From: Eledone cirrhosa
Taxonomy: Eukaryota
Assembly (NCBI GenBank): GCA_964016885.1
Contig: CAXHJY010001537.1
Location: forward strand, 1-60,274
Direction: 5' to 3'
DNA: 60,274 nt
The notes beneath the pieces were generated by a model that was not told where the DNA came from, ran no database searches, and worked only from the letters and a program-made list of their open reading frames with translations. Below are positions 43,301 through 56,821 of the stretch, piece by piece. The translations under genes were made by a program, and so were the position numbers. Each line of letters begins with the position of its first letter. Positions within the stretch are counted from its first letter, which is position 1.

Positions 43301-44297
43301 GTTAACACCACAGTTAACACCACAGTTAACACCATAGTTTATATCACAGTTAACATCACAGTTAACACCACAGTTAACACCATAGTTAACACCACAGTTA
43401 ACACCACAGTTAACACCACAGTTAACACCACAGTTAACACCATAGTTAATACACAGTTAACATCACAGTTAACACCACAGTTAACATCACATGTAACACC
43501 ACAGTTAACACCACAGTTAACACCACAGTTAACACCACAGTTAACACAACAGTTAACACCATAGTTAACACCACAGTTAACACCACAGTTAACACCACAG
43601 TTAACATCACAGTTCACACCACAGTTAACACCATAGTTAACACCATAGTTAACACCACAGTTAGCACCATAGTTAACACTACAGTTAACACCATAGTTAA
43701 CACCATAGTTAACACTACAGTTAACACCATAGTTAACACTACAGTTAACACCATAGTTAACACCACAGATAACACCACAGTTAACACAACATATAACACC
43801 ACAGTTAACACCACAGTTAACACCACAGTTAACACCACAGTTAACATCCCAGTTAACACCACAGTTAACAATGCAGTTAACACCACAGTTAACACCACAG
43901 TTAACACCACAGTTAACACCACAATTAACACCACAGTTAACACCAGAGTTAACACCATAGTTAACACCATAGTTAACACCACAGTTAACACCACAGTTAA
44001 CACCACAGTTAACATCACATATAACACCACAGTTAACACCACAGTTAACACCATAGTTAACACCACAGTTAACACCACAGTTAACACCACAGTTAACATC
44101 ACATATAACACCACAGTTAACACCACAGTTAACACCACAGTTAACACCACAGTTAACACCAGAGTTAACACCAGAGTTAACACCACAGTCAACACCACAG
44201 TTAACACCAAAGTTATCACCAGAGTTAACACCAGATTTAACACCACAGTTAACACCACAGTTAACACCAAAGTTAACATCACGGTTAACATCACAGT
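40371..44297. repeat. 12-bp tandem satellite (CACCACAGTTAA)n, ~325 units
   Basis: Direct reading; most units contain the palindrome GTTAAC. Confidence 0.97.
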
Positions 44298-44595
44298 TCC
44301 ACAGACCCTTAAGACAGCATGTCAATTAATTGTTTTGTGATAACAATAGACGAAGTGAGTGAGTACAGGAGACGGAACACCCCGTAATAAAATGACGGGG
44401 ATGACATTTATGTAAAGTCAATAGGTTAAGTTATTATGAATAGCAGTGAGGGTAAATATAATAACCAAAATATAAAACAAAACTGAGGAATCAGTACTGA
44501 AGATGAACTTCTCCTTGAAGATAAGGATAAACCAGAAACAGTAGCAGCATTAGTAGTAGCATAATGGTCACCAAAGATTCGTGCCATAATAGACA

Positions 44596-44775
44596 TATGA
44601 GGGTAGGCTGAAAATCCATAAGGTGACTAAGAATGAGTGATGCTAGAGCTGTGTAATTTTCCTTGCATTAATTTAAAACCTTCTTGTTTCTTTCCAGTGA
44701 CTAGGTTGAAAATAAATCTCATTTGGTCATTTTATGAGAGTAGTTTGGTGAGCTTATGAACTTTATTCTGAACAT
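44596..44775 (-). mobile_element. Tc1/mariner-type MITE, decayed
   Basis: TATGAGGGTAGGCTGAAAA terminus; reverse-complement similarity to 49755-50084. Confidence 0.6.
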
Positions 44776-45594
44776 TATAAATCGGAAACTGGGACTCTGA
44801 AGTTATTAGACGTATAGAACTGGAAAAACTATTGACGCAAAACCAAACATAAAAACCTAGTAAGGAAATATTAAAAAGATGCAGTCATGCAACACCATAG
44901 TATTCGTCTTGATGAAATACATTCCCTCGGCCGTTTGTTCTCTGCACCAATGGTTCAGAAAATTCTAAATCAAAGGTAAAAAGTAAGAGTTAGAAGGACA
45001 GATGTATATTTAAAAATTATGCTTTCTTTAATCCAACAGAATGATTGTTTCTCTAATGGTTGCATTAAGTGAATTTGAATTTTGTCAAATATTACCGGTT
45101 TCGATTTGTATATCAATCTTATCAAATATTAAATGAAGTTTATTCTCATATTCTGTGAGTAGTTGGAACATATATATATATATTCTGTTTATGTTTGGTG
45201 CTTTATCTAATGAGTAGAACTTGTCCGTCCTATTAGCAGACAGATCGTTATGCCATAATCAATAGCACTCGACGAAGTGCATAGCATCCATCTTTGTGTA
45301 TCATTTGGTATATTGTGGTGGGTGCAGGAACGGAGTTAAATACTTCAATGAAAAAAGAAGGCTAGATTCCAATATATTCGTTTAATGTTTCTAAAAGCAC
45401 AATACATATTTCTATGGCCAACGACTTACGTCATCACATCACGACACAATATATCCGGCGATGTCGTCAGGTGTAAACAAAACAATAAAGGTTTAGTAAT
45501 CAGCTTCTGGGTTACGGCAAAATATAAACAGACAATTGATACGAAGACGGTCCGATGCGAAAGCTCTGGTATATATGTGAATGTTTTCTTTCAT

Positions 45595-45666
<72 letters not shown>

Positions 45667-45670
<4 letters not shown>

Positions 45671-45975
45671 AAATAGGATTTCGCTTCAAGCATAGCTTTA
45701 TACAATTTGTATAAATATTTCGTATCTCCAAAGAAATACGGTTTTAGGAAGCCGTAGCCGTAGCTATGCAAACACCGAGGTGATGTCCAGCAGAAGCAAG
45801 GGGGACAACCGTCTATGCATTTCAGGCTTAACTGGCCATCGTTAGGACAGTCCCTACCACCGCTAGCGAGATTAATCTCCTCATTTACACAGACGAGAAA
45901 AGTATATATTCTCGCCTGTCTTCTAGTCCAGCAGTCGCAAGCGGTAGGAGGGACCTACGAAATATTTATACAAAT
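45667..45975. mobile_element. Second, rearranged locus of the 331-nt family F (decayed HHR at 45808-45851, minus)
   Basis: Minus segment 45667-45870, then plus segments 45870-45957 and 45956-45975, all matching 38620-39340. Confidence 0.8.
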
Positions 45976-47038
45976 GTAAAAGAAATCAAAGAACGCTTAC
46001 ATACTCAAACAGCTTTTATTTGCTGACAATGTTTCATACATACCGTTGGGCAGGAATCATCAGAGCCTAATAAACAACTGTGTTGAGTATAAGCTCTACC
46101 AAGCTTAGTCACACAAACTATTGGAATACAATAGAGGGTAAAAATAGGGAGATCGGAGATGGCGAATAAAAAGAGATACATGGGTTGTTAAATGCTAGGG
46201 TACAGGCAGATTGTTTCAAGATGCAGATGCAGAAAGCCCAAGGTGATTTTAATCCTCGCCAAAGTATACGGGCTTTCTGGAGGTACCTTAAGAACCTCTT
46301 AGTATTTATATAACTATTAGTTACGGAGATCTTATTCACTTGTTATATATAGTGACCTGCGCTTAACTTCCTCTGGCTTTTTATGTGCTTAAAACCTTTT
46401 CTTTCTTTTTTTTCTTTTTTTTTTCTTTTTCTTTTCTTTTTCTTTTTCTTTTCTTTTTTCTTTTTTCTTTTTTCTTTTTTCTTTTTTCTTTTTTCTTTTT
46501 TCTTTTTTCTTTTTTCTTTTATTTTCTTTTTTCTTTCTTTTTTCTTTCTTTTTTCTTTCTTTTTTCTTTCTTTTTTCTTTCTTTTTTTCTTTCTTTTTTC
46601 TTTCTTTTTTCTTTCTTTTTTCTTTCTTTTTTCCTTCTTTTTTCTTTCTTTTTTTTTTCTTCTTAAAATTGTTTATCTTTTTTATTTATTATTTATCTCT
46701 TTATATTTTCTTCCTTTTACTTTTTTATCATATGTTTTAGCCATTGTTTATACTTTTTGCTTTTGTGTGCCATCACTTGCATCTGCATCTTGAAAAATCT
46801 GCCTGTACCCTAGCATTTAACAACCCCAACATGTATCTCTCCTTATTCGCCATGTCCGATCTCCCTATTTTTACCCTCTAATATATTCCAATTGTTTGTG
46901 TGACTAAGCTTGGTAGAGCTTATACTCAACACTGTGTTTTTGTTTATTAAGCTCTGATGATTCCTGCCTAACAGTATAGATGAAACATTGTCAGCAAATA
47001 AAAACTGTTTGAGTATGTAAGCGTTCTTTGATTTCTTT

Positions 47039-47041
<3 letters not shown>
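45975..47041. mobile_element. Inverted-repeat element with ~260-bp HHR-bearing arms (family G) and ~545-bp spacer
   Basis: Arms 45975-46232 / 46778-47041; gct-CTGATGA-..-GAAA-cattg-TC-agc at 46951-46995 (+) and 46022-46066 (-); stem II weak. Confidence 0.72.
46396..46665. repeat. (TTTTTC/TTTC)n polypyrimidine tract
   Basis: Direct reading. Confidence 0.93.
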
Positions 47042-47075
<34 letters not shown>

Positions 47076-47187
47076 TTTTTATATATATGCATATTTGTGT
47101 ATGGGCGTATGTTTGTGTATATCTAGGAAATGTTGTGTATGTATGCCTTTCTGAATACCATTCTTTAATCATGTCTATATATGAATT

Positions 47188-47300
47188 TGTGGTTGAGTGG
47201 TTAGAGAATTGGATTCGCAATCGTGAGGTTGTACGTTCGATTCCCGGACCGGGCGATGCGTTATGTCTTTGGGCAAGACACTTTATTTCACGTTGCTCCT
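47188..47300 (+). mobile_element. Different tRNA-derived SINE head
   Basis: A box TGGTTGAGTGG, B box GTTCGATTCC, followed by TCTTTGGGCAAGACACTT. Confidence 0.7.
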
Positions 47301-47704
47301 TCTACCTGGAATTGCGACCGATAGACAGTATTAGCAATTGGAAATACCAATGGTAACATTGTTTCCTCGGTCCGGTTTGACGAATGTCGATCTATTGTCG
47401 ATATATGTATGTTTTGACATACATATCGAAGGATCTGCGTTAGAATTGATTACCTTTATGAGTGGAAGAAACACTTTTTCAGTTATTTTTTTTTTATTCT
47501 TACACCTTTGCTATTCTGTTAGAAATTGATTCATTTGAGCTTCGCAGCAATACAGAACAATCCGACTCTCTTTACCTACTTTGTTCATGCTTCTGATATC
47601 TATTTTATTAACTAATAACGTTTTAAGAATATATAATCAACAAGGTGTTCAACATTACAGAACTGTCGAAAAGCCTGATAATGAAATACAGTTCTCGTCC
47701 TACG

Positions 47705-47863
<159 letters not shown>

Positions 47864-48525
47864 TCTGTGTCTGTGTCTGTGTGTGGCTGTGTGTGTTAAC
47901 ATGTAATTATGCATCAATTTATAGATGTCTAAGGATGTATATAGATATGTCAGTATTCACGTATAAATGTATGCAAGCTTGTATACACCCATATATATAT
48001 ATAAATATGTGTGTGTGTATGTGTGTGTGTATATATATGAGCGTGTATTTGTGTGTGTATGTGTGTATGTGTGTGTGTGCGTGCGTGACACCCATATATA
48101 CATATTATATATATATATATATACATATATATATGAGTGTGTGTTTGTGTGTGTTTGTATGTGTGTGATCAGGGCTCAAAGAAACAGGTGTATTTGACAG
48201 GTGTACTAAGTTGAATTACAGCTCAGTCGACTGTTTGCCTACGAAGAGTTACCGACCGCCAGACAGACTAACGGGCAGTTAGACAGAGTGACAGACAGAC
48301 ATAAAAATACACAGTAAGACACACAGACAAATATCCGCTCACATATTGTTCCTTTTACCTTCTTTTTTGTTTTTTCACATAGACATGAAATCTGACTTTT
48401 AAGAGAGTTGGTTGGGGAGTTATTTAAAACAGACGAGTAAGATATTCATGACTTTTGAAGTGAGGTATTAGTGACGCAAGTAAAGTAAGACATTGGCAAT
48501 TGGAGATATGGAAGAGAAAAGGTTT

Positions 48526-48557
<32 letters not shown>

Positions 48558-48828
48558 TGTTGTTGTTGTTGTTGTTTTTTGTTATATTTTGTTGTTGAAC
48601 CTCTGAGTATGCCTTCATCGAGTTGAACCTATGATCAAGAGTGTTACGATAATGTATATTATATTTTTATTTCCATGTATCCAGAAAAAGATTATCCAAT
48701 GTGAGACCATGACATTTATTTTTTAAAGCATTGGTATTGTCGAGATCTGAATTCAAAGCGCGGACTGCTAGAAATAATAACGCTAGGCATTTAATCCTAA
48801 TGAAACACACGTTATTATATACTACAAG

Positions 48829-49050
48829 AGGGCGGTGGATTGCTAAAATGATTAGAGTGTTGGAGAAAATGGTTTGCGGGGTTTATTCCGGCTCTTTAAG
48901 TTGTGAGTTCAATTCCCGCCAAGGTCTACTTTACCTTTCATCCTTTCTGGGTTGATAAAATAAAGCATCAGTAATACACTGGAGTCAATTTAATTGACTT
49001 CTCCACCCCACAAAAATTGTTGGCTTTGTGCCTATATCAGAAACCATTAT
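48829..49050 (+). mobile_element. Older subfamily of the main SINE
   Basis: GGCGGTGGATTG..GAGTTCAATTCCCGCC..CCTTTCATCCTTTCTGGGTTGATAAAATAAAG. Confidence 0.75.
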
Positions 49051-49217
49051 ATACCAGAAGGAAGGTTGTCAACGTTCCATTGTTGACTTTGTTGACACAG
49101 ATATATAAGGTGTGTGTTAAGCATTTGCTGTCGCAGATTCATTCGCACCAACGTAAGATTGGTGATGGTTGACTGCATGTACTTTTCATATGGACTTATT
49201 GTGGTTCCTTGCAATGA

Positions 49218-49447
49218 CTTCCTCAGTCATCTCTAGTGCGTGACGTCATCACCCCTTCCTTCCTCAGTCATCTCTAGTGCGTGACGTCATCACCCTTCCT
49301 TCCTCAGTCATCTCTAGTGCGTGACGTCATCACCCCTTCCTTCCTCAGTCATCTCTAGTGCGTGACGTCATCACCCTTCCTTCCTCAGTCATCTCTAGTG
49401 TGTGATGTCATCACCCCTTCCTTCCTCAGTCATCTCTAGTGCGTGAC
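49218..49447. repeat. 40/41-bp minisatellite, ~5.7 units, carrying TGACGTCA
   Basis: TGACGTCA at 49241, 49282, 49322, 49363; TGATGTCA at 49403. Confidence 0.95.
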
Positions 49448-49754
49448 TGAAGGATGGACGGAATTCGCTCAAATTTATATACAGATTATTTATTATATGT
49501 TTGGCATCGTCAGTACAGAGGAGCAGAGAATATAACAGACAACAGATTTTATATGGGATGCTTGATCTCTAAAGATTTCAGGACGACGTCGTCGTTCGTA
49601 ACACTTAAATCGACAAATTTTCTTTACCGCAGCCAAATTTTATGGTGATAATCCGATCTTTTTTTTTTTTAACATTTAGATGGATCTTAGCCGTTTAGGA
49701 TATGATACTAGTGTCTAGAATGTGCATATAATGGTGTTACTACTACTAATAATA

Positions 49755-50084
49755 TACGAGAGTTGGATAAAAAGGTTTATAGGCTGACTAAGATACTTTC
49801 ATGGAATGACCAAATGGGGGTTGTTTTTCAACATAGTTCCTGGAAAGAAGCAATGCAGTTATTAATAAGAAGAGTTGAAATTAATGCATACAAGATTTCA
49901 CAGGTCTAGCATCACCCCTTCATAGGCTGACTAAGATACTCTCATGGAATGACCAAATGGTGTTTATTTTTCAACATAGACACTGGAAAGAAGCAATGCA
50001 GTTATTAATAAGAAGAGTTGAAATTAATGCATGCAAGATTTCACAGCATTAGCATCACTCCTTCATAGTCAGCCCACCCTTGTA
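49755..50084 (+). mobile_element. Tc1/mariner-type MITE with internal 143-bp tandem duplication
   Basis: TA-flanked ends TACGAGAG.. / ..CCCTTGTA; ATAGGCTGACTAAGATAC at 49779 and 49922. Confidence 0.62.
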
Positions 50085-50218
50085 CGTAAGCATAAATCAT
50101 TTTCTATTCTTGAAGTAGTGAATTATATAATGGAACGCCTGTAATGAAGTGTGTGAACTGTAATGTACTGGATAGTCATAGGTGTATTACTTGGTGAAAT
50201 GTAAGGAAATACTACAAC

Positions 50219-52326
50219 ATTCGTGAGTGAATAATAACTGTTTCTAGTTTTGGCACAAGGCCAGCAATTATTCCAGTGTATTACTGGTACTTTATTTTAT
50301 CGACCCCGTAAGGATGAAAGGCAAAGTTAACCTCGGCGGGATTTGAACTCAGTCCGTAAAGGGGCGTAACTGTGCTGCAAAGCATGGCGCCCGACCCTCT
50401 ACCGATACTGCCAATCCACCAATCTTAAAGTTCTTTTTACTGTGGTTTTTTTTTTTTTTTTGCTTTTGAAGTGTGTATACAAGATAACCCCGGCGGGTTT
50501 TAAACTCAGAACGTAAAGGGCCATAACAATGTGTTGCAAAACATGGTGTCTAACGCTCTGCCGATACTGCCAATCCACATGATAATGGTTTCTTATATAG
50601 GCACAAGGCCAGCAATTTCGGGGGAGGGGAAAATCGATTAAATCGACTCCAGTGCTTTACTGGTACTTTATTTTATAGACCCCTTAAGGATGAAAGGTAA
50701 AGTTAACCTCGGCGGGATTAATAATATTATATCATATTATTATATTAATAAGGGTGGTGGATTGGCAGTATCGGTAGAGGGCCGGACGCCATGCTTTGCA
50801 GCAAAGGATTACGGCCCTTTATGGTCTGAGTTCAAATCCCGCCGAGGTTAACTTTACCTTTCATACTTACGGGGTCGATAAAATAAAGTACGAGTAATAC
50901 ACTGTGTAATTGCTGACCTTGTGCCAAAAGTAGAAACAATTATATTATTATATTAATAAAGGCGATGGATTCGCAGTATCGGTAGAGGGTCGGACAGCAA
51001 AGAGCTTCGGCCCTTTAAGGTCTGAGTTCAAATCCCGCTGAGGTTAACTTTGCCTTTCATCCTTACGGGGTCGATAAAATAAAGTACCTCTAATACAGTG
51101 GGATAATTGCTGGCCTTGTGCCAAAAGTAGAAACAATTATTAGTAATAATTAGTCAGGTACAGAGGATATAGGACTTGTTCGATGATGTAGTCAGGTGCA
51201 CTATATAGGACTTGTTCGATGATGTAGTCAGGTGCACTATATAGGACTTGTTCGATGATGTAGTCAGGTGCACTATATAGGACTTGTTCGATGATGTAGA
51301 CAGGTGCACTATATAGGATTGTTCGATGATGTAGTCAGGTGCACTATATAGGACTTGTTCGATGATGTAGTCAGGTGCACTATATAGGACTTGTTCGATG
51401 ATGTAGTCAGGTGCACTATATAGGACTTGTTTGATAATTGTTTCTACTTTTGGCACAAGGTCAGCAATTACACAGTGTATTACTGGTACTTTATTTTATC
51501 GACACCGTAAGTATGAAAGGTAAAGTTAACCTCGGCGGGATTTGAACTCAGACCATAAAGGGCCGTAATCCTTTGCTGCAAAGCATGGCGTCCGGCCCTC
51601 TACCGATACTGCCAATCCACCACCCTTATTAATATAATAATATGATATAATATTATTAATCCCGCCGAGGTTAACTTTACCTTTCATCCTTAAGGGGTCT
51701 ATAAAATAAAGTACCAGTAAAGCACTGGGGTCGATTTAATCGATTTTCCCCTCCCCCGAAATTGCTGGCCTTGTGCCTATATAAGAAACCATTATCATGT
51801 GGATTGGCAGTATCGGCAGAGCGTTAGACACCATGCTTTGCAACACATAGTTATGGCCCTTTACGTTCTAAGTTTAAAACCTGCCGAGGTAATCTTGTAT
51901 ACACACTTGTATACAACAGCAAAAAAAAAAAAAAACAGTAAAAAGAACTTTAAGATAAATTCTGGTTTATATGCATTATTGAGGGCGGTGTATTGGCAGT
52001 ATCGGTAGAGGGTCAGACGCCGTGCTTTGCAGCAAAGAGTTACGGCCCTTTATGGTCTGAGTTCAAATCCCGCCGAGGTTAACTTTGCCTTTCATCCCTA
52101 CGGGGTCGATAAAATAAAGTACCAGTAATACACTGGGATAATTTCTGGCCTTGTGCCAAAAGTAGAAACAATTATTTAAATTCTGAGTTCAAATCCCGCC
52201 GATGTTAACTTCGCCTTTCATCCTTTCGTGGTCGATAAAATAAAGCACCAGTAATACACTGGGGTAATGGCTGGCCTTGTGTCAAAAGTAGAAACAATTA
52301 TTATAATATTATCATTCACTCACGAA
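50219..52326. mobile_element. Cluster of ~10 SINE copies/fragments arranged as a large inverted duplication
   Basis: 50422-50943 is nearly the reverse complement of 51434-51957; outer ends ATTCGTGAGTGAAT / ATTCACTCACGAAT. Confidence 0.88.
51151..51433. repeat. 36-bp tandem repeat, ~7.8 units
   Basis: TAGTCAGGTGCACTATATAGGACTTGTTCGATGATG at 51189, 51225 and onward. Confidence 0.95.
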
Positions 52327-53786
52327 TATATCTAGGTATCCACCATGTTATGAGCGAAAACAAATTTTATTTTTGTTTTTATTAACAATGTTGTTTTACT
52401 GAAAATTAAAGTAGGAAGTATTTAATGTTTCAGAAAAAGGGTACCAGAAATATCAAATTAGCGAGCACATTTATAAAGGGTTTTAAGCTACAATATAAAA
52501 CACCTTTAAACATTTCTATGATGATGCATATAGGTCAAGCCAAAGATTTTCATAGAGAATTGAAGTTAGAATATGAAGATTATTTACAAAGGATGGTTTC
52601 AGAAGGAATAGAATTTCAGAATACAGTTTTTGTGGTGAGCAGCTTAGGGCTAACAGGGAAGTTGCATTAAAGTTTGTATGGATGAATTTGTACTGTTAGT
52701 GTTATCGGAGAAATTAAACCCAGAACGAATCTACGTTGTTTTGGCATCATATGCCAAGAATAAATTAAGAAGGCTCTTTCTAGAGTTAAGGATTCTAAGT
52801 CCGAGTAATTAAGAAAGCTCCTGAGGCTAGGAATTCCAAGCCAAGAAATTGAGGAAGACCCTTCTGGGGTTTGAGATTCGAAGCCCTCAAAATTGTGGAA
52901 GTTCTTCCTGGGTGTAGGCATTCCAATGATTGAGTAACAGTTCTTGGTTGTTACAATGCTGCAAGAACACACAAAACCACGATGAAGTTAATTGGGGAGA
53001 ATGTTAACCCAAAGACCTTTAAAATTAATTCTGTAGTATTTTTACGAGTTGATAAAAAGGGGTCTTTAACAGCTAAACCTTTATCTTGAATAATTTGAAA
53101 ATTACTTTATACATGAAGCAAGAAAACTCTGTAAGTTTGTTGGCTTTGATGTAAAGTAGGAAACATTTTTTTAAATACAAGATAATAGTTCAGCATTTCT
53201 AAAAGCAATACTTGTAATAGAAGTCGATGTTTTTGTCTATACCTCCTTACTATCTTCACCTCTGTAATTCATTTCTGTGATTCAGCTCTGACCATTGCAT
53301 ATTATACGAAATTTACATTCAGATTGAAGTTTGTGAACAGTTTCTTTGAAGCATTGAATAGTTGGAAACTTCTTCCAGATTTTATGAAAGAATATATCTA
53401 AATGATTTGGGCGTAGTCACTAGCCTCTGCTTGAAATGAATTCAAGAAAATATGCTGTTAGTTGGTTGCCACAAACGAGGATCAAACAACGTTTCACGGT
53501 GCGGCTCTTCTGGATTTTAAAGTACTAGAGAAATGAGGGCGATGTCGAATCCTGTTTCATGACAGTTTTTCTTAATTGGGCATTGGGCTTATCCTCTGCA
53601 TCCTCAATTTAAGGGACCCAAACTGTATTGAAATAGGTACATGAGTATGTGCATGTTTATATGAACACACGTGAGTTATGTATGAATGTACATGTACACA
53701 GTTGAGAGGGTCATGCATCACATTTAGCAGAGAGAAAGCCATGTAAATGTCGAGGAGTTCTCAGTCACCAAATCCTTAAAATACGC

Positions 53787-53845
<59 letters not shown>

Positions 53846-53907
53846 TTGTATATATATAATATATATTTTAAAGATTTGGTGATATATATATACACACATA
53901 TGTATAT

Positions 53908-53940
<33 letters not shown>

Positions 53941-53949
53941 CATATTTAT

Positions 53950-54033
<84 letters not shown>

Positions 54034-54045
54034 TTATATACATTT

Positions 54046-54085
<40 letters not shown>

Positions 54086-54159
54086 TTATATATATACATA
54101 TTTATATACATATATACACATTTATATATATATATACATATATATATATATGCATATAT

Positions 54160-54199
<40 letters not shown>

Positions 54200-54333
54200 A
54201 TATATATATGTGTGTGTGTGTGTTTATGTGTGCATATATATTTATGCACACGCATAATTGCAAGTATACATATATGTGTGTATATATATGTATATATATA
54301 TGTGTGTGTGGAGGTACTGGGGGGGGGGGGTTC

Positions 54334-54391
<58 letters not shown>

Positions 54392-54531
54392 ATGCAAAAG
54401 ACATGTTCTAAATGTATTTCTCTTTCAATCTTCCCTTCATACAACCCGCCACCACTTCCTAAACCCACATCACACTTTCTCTCTCTCTCTCTTTCTTTCT
54501 CTCATTTTATCTCTCTCTATCTGTCTGTCCC

Positions 54532-54588
<57 letters not shown>

Positions 54589-54798
54589 GCCAAACCTATT
54601 TAGTGAATAAACACTTTCTCTCCGGCGTATAAGTCTTAACCGATAGACTTTACTTATTCATTACTTCTTCTAAGTTGCAGACAAAGCGGCAAACTTCAAG
54701 TATTTTATATTGCTAAGACAAAAGAAGAATATTAAGCAAATTTATAGCTGTATGTGGCGCCTTCGGAAATTATCTAACGTCTAATGGTGTATGCATTT

Positions 54799-54850
<52 letters not shown>

Positions 54851-54880
54851 ATATTATATATACATATATATATATATATT

Positions 54881-54945
<65 letters not shown>

Positions 54946-55006
54946 GTGTATATATATGTATATTATATATGTATATTATATATATATATATGTATATATA
55001 TATATG

Positions 55007-55064
<58 letters not shown>

Positions 55065-55144
55065 AAAGTAACAATAATATCATTTACTTTGCCACTCGCA
55101 CAAATATATACTTCTATATGCTACATATATGATAGATATTTACC

Positions 55145-55258
<114 letters not shown>

Positions 55259-55264
55259 GATATA

Positions 55265-55316
<52 letters not shown>

Positions 55317-55330
55317 TACATATGTATACT

Positions 55331-56154
55331 CTCTTCCTTCGGATGAAACTCTAGTGGCATGCAATAACATCAGAGACCTGGGAGTAATTGTGGACAACAA
55401 TATAAGCCGGGCCTCTCATAAACAGTAAAGTTGATATGGCCCGCAGAATGTGTTCCTGGATTCTTAGAACTTTCCAGTCGAGAGATATCCACACTGTTGT
55501 CCTTCTCTTCTCCACTTTTGCCCTTGTCTTCTCCACTTGCACCTTGAATACTGTTGTCCACTGTGGTCACCCCACACGAAACAAAGTATCATGAAAGTTG
55601 AAGAAAACCCAAAGGTCAATTACAAAAAAGATAGATGGCATGACAAACCTTGACTATTGGGGTCGATTAGAAAAGCTCAACCTTTACTCTCTCCAACGTC
55701 GCCGTCAGCGCTACATTATCTGTATGATGTGGAAAATATTCTATCAGCTTTGCCCAAATGATGATTGCATCACCTTTGAGGTACACCCAAGGCTTGGCCC
55801 GGTGCTATCCGCCCACGACAAAAATCTCACTCTCATCACATAACAACAATACGGCACAATTATTTCACCTCAATTGACCCTGCACTCTTTAACATTACAC
55901 CAAAACACATCAAAGCAGAGACAGACCCCATCAAGTTCAAGAAGTCTTTGGATAAATCCCTTCAAGAAATCCCGGATAAGCCTCCTACACCCGGATAAGC
56001 CTCCTACACCCGGATATGCCTCCGTAAACATTAACTCTCTGCTCGAGCGGGCAATGGTGCCCAAACACTGATTTGTAAGACTTCGCCAGGTGGTGCTATT
56101 AAGTTAGACATAGCCTGGGCAAATACTGGCCGAAACTTATCAAAGTTATCAAAG

Positions 56155-56157
<3 letters not shown>
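55331..56157 (+). mobile_element. CR1-type LINE 3' fragment
   Basis: [45 protein letters not shown]; tandem tail TTATCAAAG x2. Confidence 0.85.
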
Positions 56158-56234
<77 letters not shown>

Positions 56235-56821
56235 GCATACATGCATACGTACGTATGTACATATATACATACGTACTTACGTACATACATGCAAAACATA
56301 CTCATATACATACATACACACATACATTCATACCTATCTACATACATAAATACATATTGCCTGCATCTCGGTTTGAGAAAAACTATCCCTTCGCCTATTC
56401 TCATACATGGGTGGTATGGTCATGAATTTTGAGCCCAACCAAGAACTTAGATTCCTTTCTGCATATGCTGCAGAGAATGAAATTATAAAAAAAAAGCCAT
56501 GCTCACACAGAATTCTTGCAAGTCCTTTACCACAAGTGATGCTTGAACTTGAAGCTTTTTATAATCGAAGAAAGTCTTAGCACTGGACCAATCCCACTCT
56601 CTGAACAACGATGAAATGTATCGAACGAGATAACAAATTCAATATGACTGGCTGCTAATCATATTGAAGCAAGTTTTACATCAGAGTTTTTCGTCTTCTA
56701 GAATGATGTCCTAATAAGAACTAGGGCATTTGTCTCCCGATAGGCTAACTGCATGCCCGGGCTTACATACATACACACACACATACATACATACACACAC
56801 ACGTAGATACATACATACATA

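Noticed and set aside
40300-44325. VLTV / VNCG repeat ORFs up to 464 aa
   Set aside because: These are translations of the 12-bp satellite; the frame is broken by indels and stops.
45425-45478. Minus-strand CTGACGA followed by a hairpin
   Set aside because: There is no GAAA/stem III after the hairpin.
47188-47270. tRNA gene
   Set aside because: A/B boxes are present, but I could not build a good acceptor stem and the sequence runs into a SINE body. The same applies to the main SINE heads.
47658-47696. agaactgt..CTGATAA-TGAAA..acagttct as a hammerhead
   Set aside because: There is no stem II and the topology does not fit.
49218-49447. 40/41-bp repeat as a CRISPR array
   Set aside because: It has no spacers and is a plain tandem repeat.
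51151-51433. 36-bp repeat as a CRISPR array
   Set aside because: The units are directly adjacent with no unique spacers, there are no cas genes, and the context is eukaryotic.
55968-56015. Short tandem duplication CCGGATAAGCCTCCTACAC in the CR1 fragment
   Set aside because: This is an ordinary slippage duplication in a dead element.
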